DNA of 52,149 nt, the filler included, from Dimargaris cristalligena (taxonomy: Eukaryota): NCBI GenBank assembly GCA_003614675.1. It is 3 parts of 3 records of this genome, joined end to end, with 100 filler letters (N's around TTAATTAATTAA, not from the genome) between each part and the next. Parts side by side here need not be neighbours in the genome. Positions count along the whole stretch, not along the records: positions 1 to 17,352 come from ML002808.1; 2 more parts are not named here. The stretch is one strand, 5' to 3'. Position numbers and translations under genes: made by a program. The notes beneath the pieces were generated by a model. That model was given only the letters and a program-made list of their open reading frames with translations. It searched no databases and was not told where the DNA came from. Shown in pieces: positions 1 through 11,326 of this stretch. The number at the start of each line of letters is the position of its first letter. Positions within the stretch are counted from its first letter, which is position 1.

Positions 1-299
1 TTTTTCTGCCTTGGTGGTGACCTTGTCCTGTGGCCCCCCTCCTTACTGACAAAAACAACAACCCCTGTCCAGCTAAGTGGGTTGGTTGTCATAAGGGCCT
101 GGTTTCTTTCCAGGGTCTGTTCTTTATTCTACCTCCTGTCCTTTCCCTCTATATCTGTAGCTTTTGAGGGTTTTTGACCAAATTATCCATTATTATGTTC
201 CCTATGGATGGCAAATTATGACTAAAAGGTTGCCTACCTTAGGTTCACTTTAAATAAAACTTAATTTCACCTAAGCTAAACTCCCTATTCCATCAGAAT

Positions 300-1010
300 T
301 TTTGTAAAATAAATAATCAGTAGCTATTTATTACATTATGGACCTCACTGTTTAGCCAATTATCTGGGTTTTAAATAATGTATTCTACTTTTGAAAGCTA
401 AAGGATAATAACATCACTTAAATAAGCTTTAATCAAACTTCTTAGTTTTTGAACTCCTTTAAAGGAATATAATCTCTTACTTAGATAAATAGCTTATATT
501 TTAGTCCATTATTTATAATTAAATCTGGAATACGACTTTGTGTGATAAACCCATTCCTGGTTCCATCACTAAACAAATGAGATCTACATATGGGTAGAAC
601 AATCAGTCCAGCTATATTAGGTTTTAAAAGATAGCTACTTGGAAACATATACTGGATATATATTTTTAGCTAATAATATTTGTGTCATCTAACATTTATT
701 TTGTAAAATAGGCCTGTTGAACCTCTCCCATCTTAATAATAACTGTTTGTAACACTGGCACTCCTTAGTGATGTAGTTTAGTATTTTGTCATTATTGTAT
801 TTCTATAAATCACAATAAGATTAGTTACAACATACATTTACCTTTAGGGACTGCAGTCCAAAAAAAGGCATCCATCATTTTTCATTAACCCATATTATGA
901 GCTCTATTGGCTTGCCTCAGCTAGGCCTGTATGTTAGACCAAATAGGCAATATTTTCTGGAATAGTGTACCTTAAAACAATCAACAGTCAATTTACTATT
1001 TAATCAATGC
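300..1010 (-). mobile_element. Highly degraded Ty3/Gypsy-type integrase relic
   Basis: Minus-strand remnants in integrase order: YGLM (894-883), LIVIYRNTIM (819-790; cf. ILVVVDRxTKM), IPDLIINNG (531-505; cf. P..IISDNG), KTQIIG*TVR (372-343; cf. HPQTxGQTER). Many stops, AT-rich, only one CpG found in 1-1030. Boundaries approximate. Confidence 0.6.
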
Positions 1011-1510
1011 CATATTTTTTGGTGTCTTTTATGGCCGGCGCATTTGCAGTGGGGGGTTTTTTTTTTTCAATTTATACCTCGGGTACCAGCCATCACTTAT
1101 GACATACCTAAAAGAAACCAACCCTTATATTTTATTTTTAATGCCACCAGGAATTATATACTTAAAAAAATACATTGTTATCCAGTACCTATGGGCTTTC
1201 AAAGCTAGATCTGGACCTGCCAGTTTCTACAGTTATTGTTTTTATCATAGAAATATTAATGCTTTGGGATTAACCAAACTGAAAAAAAAGGGCCGGGTAT
1301 AGATTCACTTTAATGAACCATCGATAATCAAATAAGTATTTGATGGGATACACTTGTAATAGATTGAAAAACGTATCAGTTGTTTGCAGAATATTTATAA
1401 TCTAACTGGAAATAAAATCGGAATACATTGAATACAGCCATACGATATGAGTAGATGGTCAGAAATACTAAATGAGAAGCGTGTGAATTGAATTGGTATT
1501 TCTAGGAAAT

Positions 1511-2443
1511 TTAACTAAAGAAGGAAAAGCGTCTCGAACGCTTTTTTGTTTGGATATTACTGTAGCCAGTACTCCTAGAAGGCTGCATGGGTACGCTTTC
1601 CATGCTGGGATGAATATGTTTGCCCAAGGGATTAACAATTATCTTCCCACGGTGGAGACCGTCATTCATCCGGGCATTGTGCTGGGCCTGCTGCATAGTG
1701 TTTGCGCCCATGTTGGTTTGAATTCCGTTAGCCTGCTGCACAGCGTTCGCGCCAATGTTGGATTGAATGCCGTTGGTCTGCTGAATAGTATTTGCGCTCA
1801 TGTTGGTTTGAATGCCGTTGGCCTGATGGGGAATCGCGCCTAAGGGGTTAGTGGTCGCCTGCCCTGGGCGGAGGCCATAATTCATCTGGGCCATGTAGTT
1901 GGCCTGCTGCATAGCGCTTGGGATCATATGGGGTGGTACAGCATTGCCCTGAAAATAGTACGGGGCTTGTTGCTGAGTGATACCGCCTCCCATGTTAGGT
2001 AAACCGCCATTCATTAACTGAGCCTGTTGGCCTGGGTGGATATTCCATCCTCCGGCATTAAACATCCTAGCATACTGGGCCTGCGGATCGTTCCACCCAC
2101 TTGCATAAGGCATTCCCGCGTTGAATTGCTGGTTGGGATAGCTTAACCTGGGGTTATACTGTTGTTGGGATAACCCGTTGTTGTATCCGGGGTGGCCTGG
2201 ATTGGTATAGTACCCTTGCTGATACGGTGTCCTATAGTATTCCTGTGGACGGCGGTGTCTATTTGCCAAGTGTTGAAATACGTGTTCAACAACCCCGGGG
2301 TCATTGGGATTGAACATGCGTCGGACCAGAGTGGGGACATGGGAATCCTCGGAAGCGGTGGTGGTCGGTTGGTCGGCGTGGGCGACTACCCCGAAGGCGG
2401 CCACGGTCAGCACAACCATTTTGTGAAGCGAGAAAGTTGGCAT
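1511..2443 (-). CDS. Secreted Q/N/G/Y-rich low-complexity protein, 310 aa
   Basis: ATG ORF with signal-peptide-like N-terminus (MPTFSLHKMVVLTVAAFGVVAHA), LVRR dibasic site, three 15-aa repeats, upstream TATAAAA. Confidence 0.8.
   Translation of the reverse strand: MPTFSLHKMVVLTVAAFGVVAHADQPTTTASEDSHVPTLVRRMFNPNDPGVVEHVFQHLANRHRRPQEYYRTPYQQGYYTNPGHPGYNNGLSQQQYNPRLSYPNQQFNAGMPYASGWNDPQAQYARMFNAGGWNIHPGQQAQLMNGGLPNMGGGITQQQAPYYFQGNAVPPHMIPSAMQQANYMAQMNYGLRPGQATTNPLGAIPHQANGIQTNMSANTIQQTNGIQSNIGANAVQQANGIQTNMGANTMQQAQHNARMNDGLHRGKIIVNPLGKHIHPSMESVPMQPSRSTGYSNIQTKKRSRRFSFFS
1689..1823 (-). repeat. Three 45-bp tandem coding repeats
   Basis: Encode QANGIQTNMSANTIQ / QTNGIQSNIGANAVQ / QANGIQTNMGANTMQ. 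Confidence 0.9.
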
Positions 2444-2592
2444 TGCAGTATCAACGTAACGGCGGTCAGTGTAGCTGAATGGGATGGTGAGCGGACCAGT
2501 GAAAAATGGGTAGGTGAAACGAAAGGTCTAAAAACGATGAGGCTAAAATAGCGGACTAGTGATCAGCTTTTAGGTGGGTGGGGGTATTTCCT

Positions 2593-2599
2593 TTTTATA
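2593..2599 (-). promoter_or_regulatory. TATA box candidate (TATAAAA) for the 1511-2443 gene
   Basis: TATAAAA on the minus strand about 150 bp upstream of the ATG. Confidence 0.5.
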
Positions 2600-5500
2600 T
2601 ACAAAAAGGTAGGGCAGACTTAAGATTGGGCACTCGTTATTCATCAACCGACTTTTTTTCATACGCTATTGACTTACGTCTCTGCCGAGTATCCCAGTGA
2701 TGGCTACATTGATTTGACCCTGTATCACCGCCAGATGTGGAAAATATCCACAATCCGTTCACGTACGTTTCCCCTCTTTGAGCGAACCGACGCGGCCCTG
2801 TACAACCTGGGATGGAAGCGGGAGTGGAGTCCCTCGATAGGCTATATTGAAAAGCCCTAGGTAGAAAGCGTCACTTCCCTAATCGATCGTCGATAACGGT
2901 AAGGGCAAATGCATTTAATGCCTTGGAAATACACGGTTTCTAGCGGTTCAATCGGATGGTCGGTCCCTGCATTTACTATGGTAAAATTTGTGGAGAAATC
3001 GAAAATTATAGGGTTGCCTATTTTTTTCTAAAAAACTTAAATGGAGAGAATCAGAAATCTTGTCGATGAATAAATATCACCTTTCATTAAAATGTATTCC
3101 GGGCAAAGTAGTTAAATATTTTGGCAGTTACAAGGCTGAGTGGCTTTCCGCCTTGTAAAAGCGAAAACAATACAGAACATGCACTAGAGCTTTGAATGTA
3201 GTCACTGGTTTAAACTGTGCCATGGTTGGGGAGTAACAATAGCGGCGAGCATATGTTACACCCTCTAACCCTCTGCTACAGGCCTATTAATAGGGGGCCT
3301 TGCACTACAGAACACTGTATAGACTTTAAAATCACCATGGTCAATCACACTTACCCTCCTTTACCACCCCTTCGTCCCATCGGAAGCGGAATTATATTTG
3401 GGTGGTTCCATTCATGTCCCTTCTGCCATTAATGCTGAGCTGTAGCACGACAAACCTTGCCTGGTTCGTTCGCCCACTAGGTCTACAGAGTAGTCGGCCG
3501 GTCCTTGTCATACAGTAGGGCAATGTATACTATTGAACCGAAAACTGGGGCGCATTACACTTGTCAAACAACGGCTGTCCATATTCTACAGGCGCTGAAA
3601 GATGCCTCCATCGTTCCCTTTACATGGACCCTTCCCCCCTAAAACTCGGTCCACACTAAGATGGGTATTTCCTTTGGGGTCCAGAGTGAGATATTCCCCC
3701 ATTGTCCTACACTAATCCGGTTGGGTGGAGGTTATCATGGCATGGTAAACGACTGGAACGTAGGGCCTCACCGAGCCTTGGAGTATTTAGGGGTGGTTTT
3801 AGCGAGCCGCCGATATACCTGCACATGATGAAGGACCAAGTTTTCAAGTAGAAGGCGGGACTACCAAATTAACTATTTCCTGGTTAAGATATCAAGAGTT
3901 ACGTATTCCGCAAGAGGGCTTTTTTCCTACCTGAGCGACTACAAGAATGCTGGTACTATATAGTACCACCAGGCTGTGGTGGCAAGGGTGATACCGAGCC
4001 CTTACTACTCACTAATGAAGAGCCACCACTACCAACGGACACAGTAGGTAGTTGTTTCCCTCCGAACATCCCTCCCCTTAGTGAAAAAAAAAAAGAAAAC
4101 AAACATTGAACTATTGAGAGGGGATTTAAGCCCATTTTTAATATTATTCCATTAGTAACTTTTGGCTCTTAGTGTTTCGCTGTTGTGGTTTTCATGATCA
4201 TTTTCGCATCTCCCGGTACCTGGCCTTCCTGACCTTCCTCCCAAACCGACAGAAGGTACCCGGGTGATGGAATGCCCGGGTATAGGAAAACGCCCCATGC
4301 CGTTGTCCCCTTGACTTTTAACCATCTCAAAAATTATAACATAGGTATTGGGACATTCTGTGTATCAGATGGTCATGAAGCCAAACCCAATGGGAATCAT
4401 GGAATAGGTCCATTCTCGAAATCTAGGCCTGTATCTTGTCTGGGTAAAGATAGTCATATATAGTGAATTGTATTGCCACACTAGATAGTCGCGGAAGACA
4501 TTCTTACGGATCCTGCCAAACCATGCGTAGCTTTTTGAATACGGAGAAGCAAATCAGTCTGTAGATAAGAAATACCCCCGTGGATCATTTTCATACATAC
4601 CTAGCTGATGGAATTGAAAGTAGACAGGGTGGTGGAAGCGGTGGGGCAATTCGATAATGATCATCGGCAAAACCTTCCTCTTATACTATGTGCTGGGGAG
4701 GCTGATCCATTAGTTCTATTCTCACTAGCCAGGCCCCCCAAGAAAGAACGAGGAAATGCTGGCTTACATAAGTGCACATTGGGCTATATATCTGTTTAAA
4801 GAGTATACTAGTAAGGGTATAACAGCGATTCGATAAAATAGATAGTATGAAGCGGCTTATACTTTCCCGTGGTTATAATGGACAGAAATAGGGGGGGGGG
4901 CTTAAATCAAAATAGGGCTACTTATGCCCAAGAGTTCACTATACTTGGGCCATTGGGGGTATCGTTATTGAACTCCAAATGAAAGACATGTCGAAGGGGC
5001 GGCGCGATAGGCAACTGCCGAATACTATACTAGTACATTATCCGACACCTTTATGGTCACAGCCAAGTAGTAGAGACACAATTTCCCCGGTGGACGATAG
5101 ACACCCGTGATTGCCGAGAAGATCAACGAAGCCACCACTGTGGGAATAGTTAAATCAGCCACGGAATATATCATCACCGAAATAAAAGGGAAAATGGGGC
5201 CCAGTTCGAGAACCCAATTAGTTCGTGATCGGCAATAGTTCACTGCTCTACTTCGGGTTCAGAGGTGAGTGAGCCCACTGTTATTCCGCACTGTCTACTC
5301 TGTAAGAGTCCCTTTCATCATAAGTGAACCTTTAAGAGGAATACACGCGGTAGATCCCAGCGCTACTGCCGAGCGTTCACGGGCCAAATAAGGGAATGAA
5401 GCAAGAGGGCAACTGTGGGGAGCTGCAAATAAAGGATAATGTGGCCTTCTGGGGACGATTCCCGTCTACCTACTCCATCATTTTACATGGCCCATACACG

Positions 5501-5738
5501 GAGGTCCCTGCAGACGCATCGCTTTAAAACTGGCCATCTTGCTCACCATTGCGCTCCTCTAGTCCGCTCCGCTCCCTCTTCTTCGTATTCCCCAACATTT
5601 ACAGCTTTTATAGGCGAAGCCCCCGCTACCCTCGCGTATCCCCTGTGGGTAGTTATCATATTTCCATCTACCCTTTCCCCAACTCACTGACCTAGTTCTT
5701 TAATATCACTTAATCTATTGCATCCACGGTTTAAAAAC

Positions 5739-6899
5739 ATGAATTATTATGCACTTTATGTCGCGAACTATACCCTGGCCTCTCTATCGGTACTTTGCAG
5801 TCTAATATCCATTGCCATTATACTTTGGGTATGGTACAAAAAACCCTCCACCAAGGAGTCGCCCTCCTTTTCCTTGGCCATTTGGATTAGTTTCACCGAT
5901 ATTCCCTTACGCATTGTTGACTATTTAACCAACCCCCTCACCTTTGGGCGCGATTTCCCCAACTCGCCCGTTTACGCTCGGTTTCTGTGGTGGCTCAATA
6001 TGTTCAGCATCATGTGGTTTGTTTACTTGAATGTCATGATTGCACTGGACCTCCAGCTCGTTATTTTCCACCGACTACCGCGCCAGGCCCGTATCCGTCG
6101 AATGTACCCTTACATGGCCACTGGTGTAGCGTTCTTCTTCAGTTTCTGGTACCTTATTTTACCCGATGTGCGATTCCTCGCCGATGGTTCCGTAACGACG
6201 TCCGTTCCCCAGTCGCTGGCGGTCTATTTTTCCATGTACTGGCTGACGGCTTGGTTATTAGTGGCCATCCTTTATGTGACGACGGTGGTGGTGGCCATTT
6301 TTATCACCCTGTACCGTTCCCAGGCCCGCTTAAAGGAATTCGCTCTGATCAATGCCTCGCGCTCGCGCAGCCGCAACCTCATCAACAACGCCCGCCTCAT
6401 CGTGGCCTACCCCGTCATTATGTTCTTCCTGTTCGTACCCTATTCGTCAATCAACTTAGTGAACCTCGTGCGGTCGAATGTCCCTCGTACTCTCATGGAT
6501 ATGTGTCTCATTACGTTTTCCCTCCAGGGCATCCTGAACTTCGTCACGCTCTTGTTCCACCCCGTCATGCTGGCGGCTTACAAGGAAAACCTTTTTAACT
6601 TGCCGGCCTTTTTGCGCCCGATTCCGGTTGAGCGCAAACGACGCGGTAAGGGGAAACCCACTGCCTTTTCGGGGCTACCCACATTGGGCGCCTTGCCAAC
6701 ATCGAAAAAGGCGAAGGTCACTCACCTCCACTCTCTTGACATGGGGCCCGGGGTGACTGGCCATTTTAATGTGGTGATGGAGTCGAGCCAAATGAGTGTA
6801 ACCGAATGTGATACCGATTCAATGAATTCCTACTTTGGTACTCCCCCAGCGCAGCATAGCGATTCAGACAGCTTCCATGAAGAGACAACTTACCTTTAG
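5739..6899 (+). CDS. 7TM GPCR-like protein (cAMP-receptor-like/Git3-like)
   Basis: About seven hydrophobic segments, SPSFSLAIWIS after TM1, RLIVAYP before TM6, LQGILNFVTLLFHP in TM7, polar C-tail. First ATG at 5739. Confidence 0.75.
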   Translation: MNYYALYVANYTLASLSVLCSLISIAIILWVWYKKPSTKESPSFSLAIWISFTDIPLRIVDYLTNPLTFGRDFPNSPVYARFLWWLNMFSIMWFVYLNVMIALDLQLVIFHRLPRQARIRRMYPYMATGVAFFFSFWYLILPDVRFLADGSVTTSVPQSLAVYFSMYWLTAWLLVAILYVTTVVVAIFITLYRSQARLKEFALINASRSRSRNLINNARLIVAYPVIMFFLFVPYSSINLVNLVRSNVPRTLMDMCLITFSLQGILNFVTLLFHPVMLAAYKENLFNLPAFLRPIPVERKRRGKGKPTAFSGLPTLGALPTSKKAKVTHLHSLDMGPGVTGHFNVVMESSQMSVTECDTDSMNSYFGTPPAQHSDSDSFHEETTYL

Positions 6900-7302
6900 T
6901 CTCGATCATTCAATCATCCCACCACTCAACCGTGCATTTAGCATTTTCCTTCAGACCTTTAATACCCATATCCATATTCTGCATACAATTGTACAGCCAA
7001 ATAAAAATACCTTTGGACTTTCGTTTAGAAGCCTCGATCATAATCTATGTTTTCGGAAGATGGAACGCAGCTTATTTAATATATTACGTAATGGGATCGT
7101 TGTAAAAAATAATTACCACAGAAAACGGAAGCAGATATAGCCTTATATTGGCTGATGCATTTCATTTTATTGGACCATGATGGTTGCCAATAGTTAAAAT
7201 AAATAATTTCCCAAATCAGGAAACAGGTAGTGCCAGGTAAGTGTGCGCGTATAATACAAGTCAAACTATAGTGCAGTTAGCAATATAGATATTAAAGAGG
7301 AA

Positions 7303-10300
7303 TTAGAAGTCCCAGGCATCCACATCAACCGCATAATCTTGGTCGGTAAAGCCGTAGGCTCGAACGTTAATCAACGGCCGTTGGCCAGGGGAAATAACGG
7401 TGGGTATAGTTGGTTTAGTTTCCGGCAAGTGGGTGCTGCTGTTATTCAGTGGTGCGTCCAGGTATAATGTGCTAGTAGATAGAGGCATGGTTGGTGGGTG
7501 GGTAAAGGACCGGGGGAGATGGGCCGAATCCTCCGTTTTTAGTGGTGTCGGTCCCAGGGGGCTATTGCGCTCATTCTGGTTGAATTCTAAAACCAACTGC
7601 TCATGGATTGTCCTTGGTGAGGGCTCACATTTAATGTCCACTGAAGGGATATGTGTTTCTGTCGCAGGGGCTGCCTGGAGACGATGGCAAACTCGCAAAG
7701 GTTCGGGACTTGAGGGACCTAGTCGAGCTGGAGAAGTCGGAACGGGTGACTCGAGTGCCTCATTCAGGGAACTACAGGACACCGGCATTCCTTTCAAAGA
7801 AAATCCCGGGGAGCCAGTCGCTGACTGCCAGTGTAGTAGGACAGAATGGCCATAAAAGAGGATATTAATTTGTGATTAGTGGTGAATGTTGCAGCTGTCA
7901 AGGCGTTAAGAGCTATAGTCACCCATTAGGCGAGCAACATGATAAATAAAGAAATGTACCGGCAAGTTGTTCTTGAGCATCGGTAATTTGGCTGTGTCTT
8001 ACTAACCTGGTTTGAACCCGCTAGGTCGGGGTTGGATAGGAGACTATGGCAGTTCGCCTTGTTGGCTTGGAGGTTCTGGAGCATCGCTAAACTCACTGAT
8101 ACGACCTGCACTTGGGACTGGGATACCCACGTATCGGTCGATGAAGTGGGCGAGGAGGACAAGGGGGTCTCAGGAGTAGCCAGTTGGTACGACTGATCTT
8201 CGATCCCAAATGTTGGATCTGCTCCGCTCTGGGTCCCCACGCCATGATCGCTTAAGCCACCCCCCCGATTATCATCATAATCATCATCATCATCGTCACC
8301 AAGCCCCCGCAAGCTCCGGTCCTTGGCCAGCTTTTCTACAAGCAGACGATAGGTGGGGTCCGATTCGGTCAAAGGAGAAAAGAGACTCGGCGATCCGGCG
8401 TACTCGGCATCTAAGGGGTCCTCAGTTGACGAGTCCGACTCTGATTGATCTACCATATGTGACGGAGATGATAAGGCAAACTCCCAGGGGGTTTTTCCGT
8501 CGGGGCGTATCCGGGTACCCCTTTGCGGGGTATTAGGTAGAGACCGGGGGGGTGAGGCATTGAGCGGCCGGAAATCAAGTGCGACGGGAGTGGCCGGAGG
8601 TAATGACAACGCCCGTGGCCGCAATGGCTGGCTGGATGTTGGCTGGTTATGCGAAAGCGATTGAGGGGCGTTTTTGGGTTTATGAAAAATTTCACGTACA
8701 AAATCGGGGTTGAGGGAGGAGTATGGGTAGCCCCATGCACTATCTTGGCTATTAGGCTCCGTATGACTGGCCATTATTTGGACAGTGATGTGTCGAATAA
8801 AAGGGGGTGGCTCGTCGGCAATCGCTGGGCCAACGTCTTCCGTCAGGCTAGAAATTGGTGGTCGGTGAAACATAAAAATGGCACCAGTGTATGTAAAATA
8901 GTAGTGTAAATATAAAACCCGAGCAATGGTGGCAGTGTAGGTTGGCCGGGTTGTTACAGTCAGGGTAAAATATATAATACACTTGGCCGTGCTTAGGCAC
9001 CACCATAGAGATAATTCGGCTGTAGGCCACACAATTTGACTACCCTTTCCAAAAAAAACGCACGCTAAGTGAATATGCCATATCTTTTGAACCGTAATAG
9101 GGCCGGGACTTACCTGGTCGAGTATTGGGTTGTGTAGGTAGGAAGCGGCGAAAGCTGACTAATATTAGGGAATATGGAATGTTCGGTACTTAACAGGCGG
9201 TCCATAGTCAAGGGAGGTGACCCGCCCAGTCTAGTTTTTCGCTGGCCGCAAGGTACCTGTTCCAAGTCCGATAAAACTGCACTGTCCATAAAGAGGCGCG
9301 ATTCACTGGGAAAGGGGGTTTCAGAGGGCTCTTCCCTTCGGGGGATTGATCTGGTGCCGCTTGGCCAAAGGGACGAGTTAGTCCTCCCAATCTCTGATAA
9401 TTGATGTACGTAGAAATCGGGTAGAGTGTTAAAAAACTGCTGCATTTCATACCAGGCAGCGCCGGTCTTATCTTGGTCTATTTTTCTAGAGCGTGTGGAC
9501 GGGCTCTTGGGCATTGGCGTTCTATTAGGTAACGGAGCACTCGCGGGAAAAGGTTGTGTCACTGACCACTGAGGCTACAATGCACCCACAATCGGATAGA
9601 CAATAAACCGGATTTGTATCAGTGTTAGTTCAAGTAGGGCGATGGATCAGCCTTTGCCAGACATTTACCCAAAATCAAATCTATGGGCTGTGCTATGTTA
9701 AATAAACCGCATTTATACAGGCATATTAAGGGTTTATCTTACCTCCTGAAACAAGTTTTCCGATGAACTGCCTTTTGCCGGCTGAGAGACGGATTGGGAG
9801 AGTTGTTGGTCAAGCTGTGTATAATAGTCTATGTCTAGCGCGCCTGAGCCCTCCTCCCAGCCTAGCAGTTACACCAATATGAAAGCCGGGTCAGTGTTAA
9901 ATAACAGTAAATCATTTAAACGAGCTCATAAAAGAGCGATCAAGTATGTGTAGCCGCAAAAGCTGAGTTGTGACATATTGTATTACAATAATTAAGATGT
10001 AGTGATGTGTGTTTACCTGGAATTGTATTTAATATGATCTCTGCTTCGTCAGGGATTGCGCATTCGTTGAGTCGGGGAGATCCGAGAGGGGACTAATCAA
10101 TATTTTTTTACCGATTATAAGCAATAGCATATAACGTAGTTTAGTAGGTTTAGAGCCACCAGGGCTTTACCGGCACAAAGGTCATGGAAAAAATGACATG
10201 AATTTCGCCCTATCAATACAATACTAAGTCAAAGTAAGCCAACAAATCCACAACATCAACTTCGACTTACATCTTGTGACATAGAAAGGTCTTTGGAGAT

Positions 10301-11326
10301 GGCTATTCGTGGCGGTACAGCGTGGGGCTGGGGTGAGTCCAAATTGGTCCGTGAATCACCATTTACCTAAATACACAAATTGGTGAGGAACAAGTCATTC
10401 GGAGATCGAGAATAATGGTGATCGTGTATACATCAGATTGAGTACACAGTAGTCGGTTGGTTAATTTCAGGGGCCAGGTCAGGTCATTCTTGTAATTGAT
10501 AGGACCCACTTATCTAGCAGGATACCAGTGGCTGAAAGCGGGTACGTAATAGCATTAAAACATATCTCAATTGGCCCAGTTAGAACTTACCCAGTGTTGG
10601 GTCAAAGGTACGCTGCGAGCGGTCAGATAATTCCAATCATTGGACTCTTGGTCGAAATTCTCCAGGGCCTCTGGGAGAGAGGGTAGGGGGGAAAACAAGT
10701 AGATTTACGATGTGGTATTAGTTAATTAATTCAAGTAAAATAAGGGGCTATTATTATTCGTAAACTCTTAGACTGGCCAAGGCGATTATGAACGAATTTG
10801 GAAAATACGAGGTTGGAAGAGTGTATATATAGAATTTTACTAGAATCTCACCTGTGATACGGCTATCGGTCTCATTAGGCTGAAGGGTAGCGCTAAGTTG
10901 TTTTACCAGCAGCGCGATGGACTGGTCTTCATTAAACAAGGACGGGTTACCGATAGTAATGCAGTCATCTGACCCCATATAATCGAATTGCGTAATTGAT
11001 AAATAACAATACGTGGGTTGTCCCGAGCGCGGGCGGTAGGCAAGCATGGTGTAGGCACGAAGGTTGATAAGTGCCCCTGAAATGGAAGTTAGGGACGCCT
11101 GTTGGCGCTCAAAGGCCTCCGTACAGGCCAGAGAAAAGACGGCTGGAATCCAGTGCTGGGTGTCCGATACCTGGACCGTAATGTCCACGTCGATCTGCGA
11201 GGCCGTTCGGTGGCTCAGGAAGGTTATCAGTTGAACGCGGCGACTTTTAGTTGAAGGAACGCCCAACTGAATGTCCTCTTGGAGGAAATCCCGGCGTAGC
11301 CAGGGTCGCAGAAGGCGCGGAAACAT
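7303..11326 (-). CDS. TPP1/Est3/Tpz1-like shelterin subunit, 8 exons, ~889 aa
   Basis: Exons 11326-10852, 10670-10591, 10366-10271, 10092-10017, 9861-9743, 9574-9114, 8847-8007, 7824-7303; all GT-AG, phases consistent, 2670 nt total. N-terminal LLRPWLRRDFL...VQL...VQVSDTQHWIPAVFS...GALINL...YLSITQFDYMG resembles the TPP1/Est3 OB fold. Confidence 0.75.
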
